A stretch of 59,995 nt of DNA, the filler included. It is 9 parts of 9 records of this genome, joined end to end, with 100 filler letters (N's around TTAATTAATTAA, not from the genome) between each part and the next. Parts side by side here need not be neighbours in the genome. Positions count along the whole stretch, not along the records: positions 27,175 to 33,040 come from SRR31147125_45762; positions 33,141 to 38,230 come from SRR31147125_45793; positions 38,331 to 44,846 come from SRR31147125_45812; 6 more parts are not named here. One strand, 5' to 3'. The notes beneath the pieces are model-generated. The model worked only from the letters and a program-made list of their open reading frames with translations. It ran no database searches and was not told the DNA's origin. The translations under genes were made by a program, and so were the position numbers. How positions within the stretch are numbered: the stretch's first letter is position 1; each line of letters opens with the position of its first letter. Positions 32,238 to 40,884 of the stretch are shown piece after piece.

Positions 32238-33040
32238 TTATCCTGTCATGATCAACAGCACCACGGACAACGACACAAACGAAAGCAGCGTCGAGATGAC
32301 GATGGAGGCCGAGGCCAGTTCGGTGTCGCTGTTGAGCTGGGCGGAGAGCAGGTAGATGGTGGTCGACGCCGGCAGGCACATGAAGATCATGCCGGTCTTC
32401 AAGGCCGTGCCGTCCACACCGAAAAGCGTGTAGAAACCATAGCCGAGTACCGGCAACACCAGCAGCTTCACCGCCGCCCCGAGCAGGGAGAGCGGCAGGT
32501 ATTTCCTGATGCCCCTGAACGAGAGCGAGCCGCCGATCGACAACAGCGCCAGCGGCAGCGTCACCATCGACACGAGCTGCAGCGTGTTGTCGATAAATTC
32601 CGGAAAACCGCTGAACAGGCGGGAATAGACGACACCGAACAGGCAGCCGATGATGAGCGGATTGCCGACCAGGGCCTTGATAAAAACGGGGAACCGGGAT
32701 TTCAGGTCGCTTTCACACCCCGAGTACCAGATCAGGGTTGCCACCGCAAAAACATTGATGGCCGGTATGCTCAACGCAATCATGATGCCGAAATAGCCGA
32801 TACCCGCCTCTCCCAGGGCGTTGAGAATAACCGCGACGCCGATATAGGTGTTGAACCGGTAACAGCTCTGCGAAAACGACCCGGCCTCAAAGTTCGAAAC
32901 AGGCCCGAAGCGGATCAGAGCCGTAGCGATCACGAACACCAATAGAAGCACGAGCAACGTCACCGCAACGAAAACAAACTCGTCTCCCTGCCCTTGGGGG
33001 GCACCGCCCACCTTGTAAAACAACATGATCGGAAAAAAAA
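32238..33040 (-). CDS. AEC-family transporter (5'-truncated)
   Basis: Motifs RFNTYIG, NPLI, LPLALLSIG, KLLVLP and P.....Y.LS.QL..D..LAS. Confidence 0.88.
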
Positions 33041-33140
33041 NNNNNNNNNNNNNNNNNNNNNNNNNNNNNNNNNNNNNNNNNNNNTTAATTAATTAANNNN
33101 NNNNNNNNNNNNNNNNNNNNNNNNNNNNNNNNNNNNNNNN

Positions 33141-33633
33141 GCTCGACGATACCGATTGTATGGTGGATATTGCCCGCTATTTCTTGTCGTTTACGCAGGA
33201 GGAGTCGTGTGGAAAATGTACTTTTTGCCGTGTTGGGACAAAGCGAATGCTCGACATACTTGACCGTATAGTTGAAGGCAAAGGAAAACAAGGCGATATC
33301 GAAGACCTGGAACATTTGGCTGAATGGACGGCAAAAGGAAGCCTCTGTGGACTGGGAAGAACATCGCCAAATCCGGTGTTGAGTACGCTAAAATATTTCC
33401 GCGAAGAATACGAAGCGCACATTAACGGCACCTGCCCAACCGGAAAATGTACCGAACTCATAACTTATTCTGTTAACGATGAATGTATCGGTTGTACTAT
33501 GTGTGTACAAAAATGCCCTGTAGATGCCATTCCATTCACTCCGCACGAAAAACATTCAATAGATACCGAGCTGTGCATAAAATGCGACGCATGCCGTGCT
33601 GCATGCCCGGTTGATGCTATTGATGTGAAATAG
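33141..33633 (+). CDS. NuoF/HydB-like NADH-binding subunit, C-terminal part
   Basis: ESCGKCTFCRVG and SLCGLG (N3 cluster), CPTGKC, and a 2x[4Fe-4S] ferredoxin tail. Confidence 0.92.
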
Positions 33634-33667
33634 GTTGCAGGTTGCAAGTTTCAGGATAACAAGTTAA
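33631..33667 (+). repeat. Left heptad-repeat array
   Basis: TAGGTTG CAGGTTG CAAGTTT CAGGATAA CAAGTTA, starting at the upstream TAG stop. Confidence 0.85.
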
Positions 33668-33677
33668 AGAAAGTATT

Positions 33678-34049
33678 ATGAAAAGTTATAGGGATTTGGA
33701 GGTTTATCAGACGGCTTATAAATTGGCTATAAAAGTTCATCGAATGACATTAACCTTGCCTAAATATGAAATGTATGAGCAAGGAAGTCAGGTCAGGCGT
33801 TCAACAAAAAGTGTAAAAGATAATATTGTTGAAGGTTATGGACGAAATCGTTATAAGAATGAATTTATTAGATTTTTAGTTTATGCCCATTCTTCGTGCG
33901 ACGAGGCAACATCTCAACTAATAATGATTGATGAAATTCATTTTGAATCAAAGGGTTTAACAGAATTAATTGCTGAATACGAAATACTTGGCAGGAAAAT
34001 CAACAAATTCATCGATTACGTAGAAAAACATTGGAATGAGAACAAATAA
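33678..34049 (+). CDS. Four-helix-bundle protein (23S rRNA-IVP / TIGR02436 family)
   Basis: Signature SYRDLEVYQ.AY.L...LPKYE.Y..GSQVRRS..SV..NIVEGYGR....EFIRFL.YA..S..E. Confidence 0.93.
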   Translation: MKSYRDLEVYQTAYKLAIKVHRMTLTLPKYEMYEQGSQVRRSTKSVKDNIVEGYGRNRYKNEFIRFLVYAHSSCDEATSQLIMIDEIHFESKGLTELIAEYEILGRKINKFIDYVEKHWNENK

Positions 34050-34085
34050 CCTGCAACCTGTAACTTGTAACGTGAAACTTATAAC
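34047..34085 (+). repeat. Right heptad-repeat array (inverted relative to the left array)
   Basis: TAACCTG CAACCTG TAACTTG TAACGTG AAACTTA TAAC, abutting ATG 34086. Confidence 0.85.
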
Positions 34086-35633
34086 ATGATAAAACTTAAA
34101 ATAAATAACAAGGAAATAGAAGTCGAAAACGGCACTTCAGTAATGAAAGCTGCTCAACAAATGGGCATCGACGTTCCTAACATGTGCTGGTACGATGAAT
34201 TGGAACACTTTACTTCGTGTATGTTGTGCATGGTGAAGGACAACAAAAACGGCAAACTGTTTCCATCGTGTTCGGTTAAGGCAACCGAAGGTATGGAGAT
34301 TATTACCGACGATGAGGAAGTGCACGAATCACGAAAGACAGCATTGGAATTGTTACTCAGCGAGCATGTTGGCGATTGTGAAGCCCCTTGTCAGGTGGCG
34401 TGTCCGGCGCACATGGATATTCCAAAAATGAACCGACTAATTGCTGCCGGAAAATTTGACGATGCTTTGGCTGTGGTGAAAAAAGACATTGCTTTGCCTG
34501 CTGTTTTGGGGCGAATTTGCCCGGCTCCATGCGAAGGCGCTTGCCATAGAAAAACTGTTGATGAACCTGTATCGATTTGTTTGTTAAAACGGATTGTTGG
34601 TGATGACGGAAATACGGCGGATTGGAGTCCACCGCAGCCAACAGGAAAAAAGGTTGCCGTAATTGGTGCCGGACCTGCTGGATTAGCTGCATCCTATTAT
34701 CTTCAACTAAAAGGAATTCAGACAACACTTTTCGATAAAAACCTAAAAGCGGGTGGATTGCTTCGTACAGAAATCAACGATGAGATTCTTCCTAAAAATG
34801 TTTTGGATAAGGAAATAGATTTAATTCTGAAAACCGGAGTCGAATTTCAGGGAGGAAAAGAAATTGATGCTGCGTTTTTCGAAAAGTTGAAAGCTGATTT
34901 TGATGTTGTGGTTGTTGCGACCGGAGCCATTTCTGAAGATTCAGAAAAATTTGGCTTAAAAACCGGAGCTAAAGGAATAGTTGCTGACAGGAATACATAC
35001 CAAACTGCCGATGAAAAAATATTTGCCATTGGCAATGTGTTGCGTTCGTCGCGACTGGCGGTTCGTTCAGTCGGTCAGGGAAAAGAAGTGGCTTTTTCAG
35101 TAATGCAGTTTTTGAGTGGTCAGGAAATTAAAGGCGAACCGCGTTTGTTTAATTCACGATTTGGAAAATTAGTGAAAGATGAATTTGCCGAATACCTGAA
35201 AGAATCGGTTGAAGGCAAGCGAACATTTCCCAAAGAAGGTGGTCGTTCCGGTTTTTCAAAAGAAGAAGCCATTGCCGAAGCCAAACGTTGTTTGCATTGC
35301 GATTGTCGCGCCATTGATAACTGTAAATTGCGGAATTATTCTGAGCAGTATCATGTCGAGCAAAAGCGCTTTAAAACCAGCGAACGCCACCATGTTTCAA
35401 AACAAATTAACCACGACCTTGTTGTTTATGAACCAGAAAAATGTATAAAGTGTGGTATTTGCGTTCGACTGACAGAAAAGTACAGGGAGCGATTTGGCTT
35501 TACATATATTGGCCGGGGATTTGATGTTAAAATAGGCGTTCCTTTCAACGAAGAATTGAAAAATGGTTTAACAGAAACAGCAAAAAAAGTAGCTGAGAGT
35601 TGCCCTACTGGTGCGATATCGCTCAAAGAATAA
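34086..35633 (+). CDS. NuoG-N/GltD-like Fe-S flavoprotein: [2Fe-2S] + GltD clusters + FAD + 2x[4Fe-4S]
   Basis: Motifs C..........C..C...C, APCQVACP, GRICPAPCE..C, GAGPAG, RCLHCDC, CIKCGIC and CPTGA. Confidence 0.85.
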   Translation: MIKLKINNKEIEVENGTSVMKAAQQMGIDVPNMCWYDELEHFTSCMLCMVKDNKNGKLFPSCSVKATEGMEIITDDEEVHESRKTALELLLSEHVGDCEAPCQVACPAHMDIPKMNRLIAAGKFDDALAVVKKDIALPAVLGRICPAPCEGACHRKTVDEPVSICLLKRIVGDDGNTADWSPPQPTGKKVAVIGAGPAGLAASYYLQLKGIQTTLFDKNLKAGGLLRTEINDEILPKNVLDKEIDLILKTGVEFQGGKEIDAAFFEKLKADFDVVVVATGAISEDSEKFGLKTGAKGIVADRNTYQTADEKIFAIGNVLRSSRLAVRSVGQGKEVAFSVMQFLSGQEIKGEPRLFNSRFGKLVKDEFAEYLKESVEGKRTFPKEGGRSGFSKEEAIAEAKRCLHCDCRAIDNCKLRNYSEQYHVEQKRFKTSERHHVSKQINHDLVVYEPEKCIKCGICVRLTEKYRERFGFTYIGRGFDVKIGVPFNEELKNGLTETAKKVAESCPTGAISLKE

Positions 35634-35711
35634 TGAATGTTGAATGATGATTAACGATTTGAGAAGTAAATTCAAAAATCAATATTCGTTAATCGAAATT
35701 CGTTAATCAAT
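35632..35711 (+). repeat. ORF-less inverted heptad-repeat element
   Basis: AATGAAT GTTGAAT GATGATT AACGATT TGAGAAG TAAATTC AAAAATC AATATTC GTTAATC GAAATTC GTTAATC, in unbroken 7-nt phase from stop to start. Confidence 0.8.
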
Positions 35712-36824
35712 ATGAAAAACAAAGTTCTATTAGTTGCATTAATCTTGCTTACAGGAGTTCACTGTTTTGCGCAGTTAGGTTCCTCGTGGCCCATCTTCCG
35801 TGGCAATCAAAATCTTACCGGCGTTTCGAAAACAACACTCCCGGCATCTCCCAAATTGTTGTGGACATTCGAAACCGGCGACAATATAAAAGGAGCACCC
35901 GTTGTTGCCGATGGAAAAGTTGTAATTGGCTCAACCGATGGAGTAGTGTATTGCATCGATACAAGCGGAAAACTAATCTGGAAGTTCGATACCGGTAACT
36001 CCATTGAGGCACCGGCGTTAATTATAGATAACACGGTTTATATCGGCAATCTCGATGGAAAAATGATCGCAATCGACTTAAATTCTGGAGAAAAGAAATG
36101 GGAATACGAATGCGAAAATCAGGTTATAGGTTCGGCAAATTGTTGGAAGGTTGGCGATAAAACACACATCGTTTTTGGAAGCTACGACTATTACCTGCAC
36201 TGTGTTGATGCAGAAACAGGCAAGGGACTTTGGAAATACGAATCGGATAACTTTATAAACGGAGCCGCAGCTTGTGCTGATGGCGTTGCCATGTTCGGCG
36301 GCTGCGACGGTTTTTTGCATTTGGTTGATATTGCTACCGGAAAATTGGTGAAAAAGATTGATGTGGCAACTTATGTGGCAAATTCAATTGCAGTTGAAAA
36401 TAGCAAAGCCTATATTGGCGATTATGATGGTCGGTTTTTTCAGGTAGATATAAAAACCGATAAAACAAATTGGGTGTGGGAACATGAAAAAACAAAACTC
36501 CAGTTTATTGCTTCGCCGGCTTTAATTGGCGATAAGGTGTTGACTGCCAATCACAATAAATTCCTGTATTGTTTCGATAAAAATAATGGCAAGAAATTGT
36601 GGGAATACAACACCGGCCGACATGTTGAAGCATCGCCGGTAGTTGTGAAAGACAAAGTGATTGTTGCAAATATGCGCGGTGATTTGGCCATTGTGAACCT
36701 TTCGGATGGTAAACCTGTTTGGACATACGAAATCGGAGGCCAAATAATAAACAATCCGGCCGTGGCTAGAGGTAAAATATTTGTTGGGGCTTACGATGGA
36801 AATGTGTATTGTTTTGGGGAATAA
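35712..36824 (+). CDS. Secreted PQQ-like/BamB-type beta-propeller
   Basis: Signal peptide, WPIFRG and repeated G...W.[FY] blades. Confidence 0.88.
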   Translation: MKNKVLLVALILLTGVHCFAQLGSSWPIFRGNQNLTGVSKTTLPASPKLLWTFETGDNIKGAPVVADGKVVIGSTDGVVYCIDTSGKLIWKFDTGNSIEAPALIIDNTVYIGNLDGKMIAIDLNSGEKKWEYECENQVIGSANCWKVGDKTHIVFGSYDYYLHCVDAETGKGLWKYESDNFINGAAACADGVAMFGGCDGFLHLVDIATGKLVKKIDVATYVANSIAVENSKAYIGDYDGRFFQVDIKTDKTNWVWEHEKTKLQFIASPALIGDKVLTANHNKFLYCFDKNNGKKLWEYNTGRHVEASPVVVKDKVIVANMRGDLAIVNLSDGKPVWTYEIGGQIINNPAVARGKIFVGAYDGNVYCFGE

Positions 36825-36859
36825 TTATAATATGAAGCAGATAATTCTGTGTTGACAAA

Positions 36860-36894
36860 TTTTCAGACCTCTGCCTTCTAACTTCTAACTTTTT
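36860..36894 (+). repeat. Degenerate right-arm heptad array
   Basis: TTTTCAG ACCTCTG CCTTCTA ACTTCTA ACTTTTT, just before ATG 36898. Confidence 0.55.
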
Positions 36895-36897
36895 TGC

Positions 36898-38199
36898 ATG
36901 AACATCATACAAATCATACCCGGTTCAGGTGGCAGTTTTTACTGCGGAAACTGTTTGCGCGACAGCAAATATGTCGATGCGCTCCGAAAACTAGGACATC
37001 AGGTGATAAAGGTGCCAATGTACCTGCCGCTATTTTCGGAGGAAACAGAAACCGCAGATATTCCGATTTTTTACGGTGCAATTAGTACTTACGTTAAACA
37101 GGTGTATCCAATTTTCCGAAAAGCGCCAAAGTGGTTCGATAAGCTCCTGAATTCAAAGCCCATGATGAAAATGGCAGCGTCGATGGCTGGCTCAACACGT
37201 GCCAAAGGTTTGGAAGATATGACCATTTCGATGTTGTTGGGAGAACAGGGCGAGCAAAAAGAGGAACTTGAAAAAATGGTGGACTGGATTGCCGAACATT
37301 GCCAGCCCGACGTGATTCATATTTCCAATGCTTTGCTTTTAGGATTGGCCAAGCGTTTAAAAGAAAAAACGGGTGTCCCGATTGTTTGCTCCTTACAGGA
37401 TGAAGATGTTTGGGTTGATGCCATGCAACCGCAATTTCAGCTGAAGATTTGGGATTTGATGCACGAGCGGGCCAAAGATGTGGATGCAATGGTTGCAGTA
37501 AGCAATTATTTTGCAGAGGAGATGAAACAACGCATGAATCTTCCAGATGAAAAAGTACATACATTTTACCTGGGAGTTGATGTGGAGGACTATCCATTTA
37601 TTCCGGTAAGAGAAAAGCCCCGAAATGTTGGCTATATCTCGCGCATGTGCCACAAAGACGGATTCGATATTGTTGTGGATGCTTTTATTGACCTCAAAAA
37701 GAAACCGGGTTTTGAAGACGTAAAACTGATTGCCACAGGCGGATTAACCGGTGACGATAAAAAGTTTCTGAAAGAGCAGAAACAAAAAATAAAGATTGCC
37801 GGATTAATAAGCGATTTCGAAATAATCGAAGAATTTGAAGGCGATGCGCGGCATAACTTTTTTAAGAAAGTATCGATGGTTTCGGTGCCGGTTAGAATTG
37901 GAGAGGCATTTGGCATGTATCAACTTGAATCAATGGCATCAGGAGTACCCATTGTACAGCCTGCATTGGGGGCTTTCCCCGAAGTTGTTGAAGTTTCGGG
38001 CGGCGGAGTTACTTACCAACCGAATTCTCCTGAAAAATTAAGCGAAGCCTGGGCCGAACTTTTGGATAATCATAAAAAACTGGAAGAATTAGGTAATGCA
38101 GGTTACGAAGGCACAAAACAAAAATTCAATATTCACAATCATGCAGAAGAAATTGTAGGTTTGTATGAAAGTTTGATAGTTCGACTCCGCTCACTATGA
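36898..38199 (+). CDS. GT4 glycosyltransferase with N-terminal YCGNC motif
   Basis: GT-B features GYISR, EAFGMYQLESMASGVP and GAFPEV. Confidence 0.88.
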   Translation: MNIIQIIPGSGGSFYCGNCLRDSKYVDALRKLGHQVIKVPMYLPLFSEETETADIPIFYGAISTYVKQVYPIFRKAPKWFDKLLNSKPMMKMAASMAGSTRAKGLEDMTISMLLGEQGEQKEELEKMVDWIAEHCQPDVIHISNALLLGLAKRLKEKTGVPIVCSLQDEDVWVDAMQPQFQLKIWDLMHERAKDVDAMVAVSNYFAEEMKQRMNLPDEKVHTFYLGVDVEDYPFIPVREKPRNVGYISRMCHKDGFDIVVDAFIDLKKKPGFEDVKLIATGGLTGDDKKFLKEQKQKIKIAGLISDFEIIEEFEGDARHNFFKKVSMVSVPVRIGEAFGMYQLESMASGVPIVQPALGAFPEVVEVSGGGVTYQPNSPEKLSEAWAELLDNHKKLEELGNAGYEGTKQKFNIHNHAEEIVGLYESLIVRLRSL

Positions 38200-38230
38200 C
38201 GTCATGCTGAGCGCAGTCGTCATGCTGAGC
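38180..38230. repeat. REP-like palindromic repeat cluster at contig end
   Basis: TTCGACTCCGCTCACTATGAC and GTCATGCTGAGCGCAGTCG form an imperfect inverted pair, followed by a further GTCATGCTGAGC. Confidence 0.7.
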
Positions 38231-38330
38231 NNNNNNNNNNNNNNNNNNNNNNNNNNNNNNNNNNNNNNNNNNNNTTAATTAATTAANNNNNNNNNNNNNN
38301 NNNNNNNNNNNNNNNNNNNNNNNNNNNNNN

Positions 38331-38996
38331 GGTATCCTTATGATCAGAGGAGTGACCTTTGCAGCGCGGGCGATGTTGTCAAGAATACGGCCGTTGGATA
38401 CCCCGGTCCACTCTGCATGTCTTGTTGCGTCCATCTGTTTCAAATCGATATAAACGAGATCGAGGCAGGACAAGATAGGGGCCAACCTGTCCCAAGGGAT
38501 AAAAGCGCTCGTCTCCATGGCGGTGTGAAAATAGTGCGACCTGCACTGGGCGAGAAACTCCCTGACAAAGTTGGACTGGGCAGTTGGTTCTCCGCCGCCC
38601 ACGGTAACTCCCCCTGCTCCGCCGATAAAAAGCCGCGTCCTTTTCAACCTCTCCGAAAAGCGCCTCGGAGGTGTACCAGCGGCCCGACAATTCGCGGGCG
38701 TTGTTCGCGCAGGCGCTGATGCACTCACCGCAAGCATCACAACAGGCTCGATCCGTTATGACACTATATAGATCCTCGCGGTACGATATCGCTTTTTGTG
38801 GACAGGCTTCGATGCACTTCCCGCACCCCACACATTTACGCCTGATATGAAGTATCTCAGGCTTGGGCTCATGGGTATATGGGGAAGAGCACCACCGGCA
38901 CCTCAAGGGGCACCCTTTCATGACAACAAGCGTCCTGATGCCAGGACCGTCGTGAAGAGAAAAGCGCTCTATTCTGCTGACCAACCCCTCGCACAC
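38331..38996 (-). CDS. Glycyl-radical enzyme activating enzyme with ferredoxin insert (frameshift near 38610-38614; 3'-truncated)
   Basis: HDGPGIRT...GCPLRCRWC and two CxxCxxCxxxC motifs, then GGVTVGGGEP, HTAMETS and DLKQMD in the next frame. Confidence 0.92.
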
Positions 38997-39362
38997 AATA
39001 ACGACACCCTTTTTCCGGAAAATAATCGTAGTTTAGCATTCCCCGTGCCACACAATATATTACGCATAATATCTGTATGTTAAAATTTTTCGCGCCCATT
39101 TACCGACCTAATTATGTATCAAAATTGTATCAATATCAGATATGGTGAAACATAAATGATACTGTCTTTTATAATGACCAATATAGATACCGCTCAAGGA
39201 AGGGAGCGTTTGAAATTGACGAAGGGTGAAACGACACTTCTCGATAAGATCGTGGAAACACAGCTTGAGCTGCAGAATGTGATTGGGAGAGTGTGGGATT
39301 TACCCTTCCCTTTGATGTGGTGTCGCTTGGAAGAGATGGATATCTATCTTCTCCAATGCCGG

Positions 39363-39578
39363 CTAATCTTCTCTTTCTACGTTTATGCTAAGATAATAAT
39401 ATTCCTGACATTTTTCACATATTGCAGAGATCCCATACTCCATTCTTGTCAAGCTGGATCTAAATTCCGTAGCAGGGCCTCCGCAGATCTTGCACGTTTG
39501 TTTATGTTTAGCGGTAAGACCCCTTGTTTGAATATCGCTATCAGATAGCTTTTTTATTAGCTCTTGTATTCTTGGCAC
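39363..39578 (-). CDS. Small Cys4 (CxxC...CxxC) protein
   Basis: GGAGG RBS 6 nt before GTG, motifs CKIC...CEKC, and a sigma54 promoter upstream. Confidence 0.7.
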   Translation of the reverse strand: MPRIQELIKKLSDSDIQTRGLTAKHKQTCKICGGPATEFRSSLTRMEYGISAICEKCQEYYYLSINVERED

Positions 39579-39654
39579 GATTAGCCTCCGTATACTTAAC
39601 TACCGAATCAACTTCCTTGACCGCTGCGTCGATATTCTGAACACTGTATATTCA

Positions 39655-39669
39655 GCAAATAACGCGCCA
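39655..39669 (-). promoter_or_regulatory. Sigma54 -24/-12 promoter
   Basis: Minus strand reads TGGCGC-GTTAT-TTGC (GG-N10-GC). Confidence 0.75.
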
Positions 39670-40075
39670 ACTGCCCTATAAAATGTTTTTCTACAATATA
39701 ACCGATGGTTACAATTCCATTTAACTTAAATATCAACAGAACCTGCCGGAAATTGTTATGGCTCAGCCAATTTTGGACATCTTTTATCTATCACGATCAA
39801 TATTGTATTGTGATGATGGTTCAATGAATGTCTCACCACAGGGAACTCGTTCGGATTGCGCAGCAGGCCGACAGAATTGCTTTGGTGGATAGACCTACAA
39901 AATCATATTTTGACTGCTCTGGATTTCATCTCGGAAAGACAGAGGCCCTGCGGCAGCTCAACCATTGACATCCAACTATGGCTTTGAAATACTCGCCCGC
40001 TAAACATCACATTTCGATCTCTCCGGTCTGCATCGACGTAGGAAGAACTATAACGCTTTTCGAATTTGGAGCGAC

Positions 40076-40837
40076 ATGAGCAAATCTGTCTGGAAGGAAC
40101 AGTTTCATATACACACCCACGAATCCGACATGAACGGTTTGGCGCGGTTGGATGCATTATTCAGCTGCTTCCAGGAAGCGGCTGGACATCATGCCCGGGA
40201 CCTGGGGGTGGGGCGGGAGGATTTGGAGCGTCAGGGGGTTCTTTGGGTGCTCTCGCGATGCTGGATGAAGATCGAACGCTACCCGGCTTGGGGTGAGAAG
40301 ATATTTGTCCATACCTGGCCGTGTGGTGTTGAGCGGGCTTTTGCCCTGCGTGATGTCCGGTTTCTCTCCGAGGAGGGTGAACTGCTCGGTTCCGGTGTTT
40401 CGGCATGGTTGATTGTGAACCAGGAGAAGCATCGTCCCATGCGGCCAAAACGGTTCATGCAGGGGGTTGCTCCAACCAAAGCGTCCGCTGCTCCGGGCGA
40501 AGTGATGGAGAAACAGACCGACCCGCAAAACTTATCTGATTTGCGCCTTTTTTCCGTTCGCTACTCCGATCTGGATGTAAACCGGCATGTGAACAATGCG
40601 GCCTATGTGCGCTGGATCCTGGACAGCTTCGACGCCCAATGGCACGATCGATTCCGGATTGCCGCGATCCGCATCGACTACATTTCGGAAACCGTCCTGG
40701 GCGAGAACATTCTCGTTCAGGCCCAAGACGTGGATCCTAATAGTGGGCAGGTGATCCTCGGCGTGCGTCCGGATTTAAATCAGCCGGTATTCCAGGCCAA
40801 GATCGTCTGGCGCGAATGCGCTTCGTTCAATAGCTGA
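40076..40837 (+). CDS. Acyl-ACP thioesterase (FatA/B-like double hotdog)
   Basis: Motifs FQEAA..HA..LG, WVLSR, TWP and RYSDLDVNRHVNNA.Y. Confidence 0.9.
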   Translation: MSKSVWKEQFHIHTHESDMNGLARLDALFSCFQEAAGHHARDLGVGREDLERQGVLWVLSRCWMKIERYPAWGEKIFVHTWPCGVERAFALRDVRFLSEEGELLGSGVSAWLIVNQEKHRPMRPKRFMQGVAPTKASAAPGEVMEKQTDPQNLSDLRLFSVRYSDLDVNRHVNNAAYVRWILDSFDAQWHDRFRIAAIRIDYISETVLGENILVQAQDVDPNSGQVILGVRPDLNQPVFQAKIVWRECASFNS

Positions 40838-40884
40838 TACGAATTGAGACGCAGGGGATTAAATGACCTTCCGGATGCCGCTGA

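Noticed and set aside
33631-35711. Heptad arrays as CRISPR, or the Avd-like gene as part of a DGR
   Set aside because: There are no 25-45 nt repeats with unique spacers, no cas genes, no reverse transcriptase and no template/variable repeat pair in the contig.
39156-39548. 130-aa plus-strand ORF
   Set aside because: It overlaps antisense the better-supported Cys4 gene (which has an RBS and a sigma54 promoter) and shows no recognisable features.
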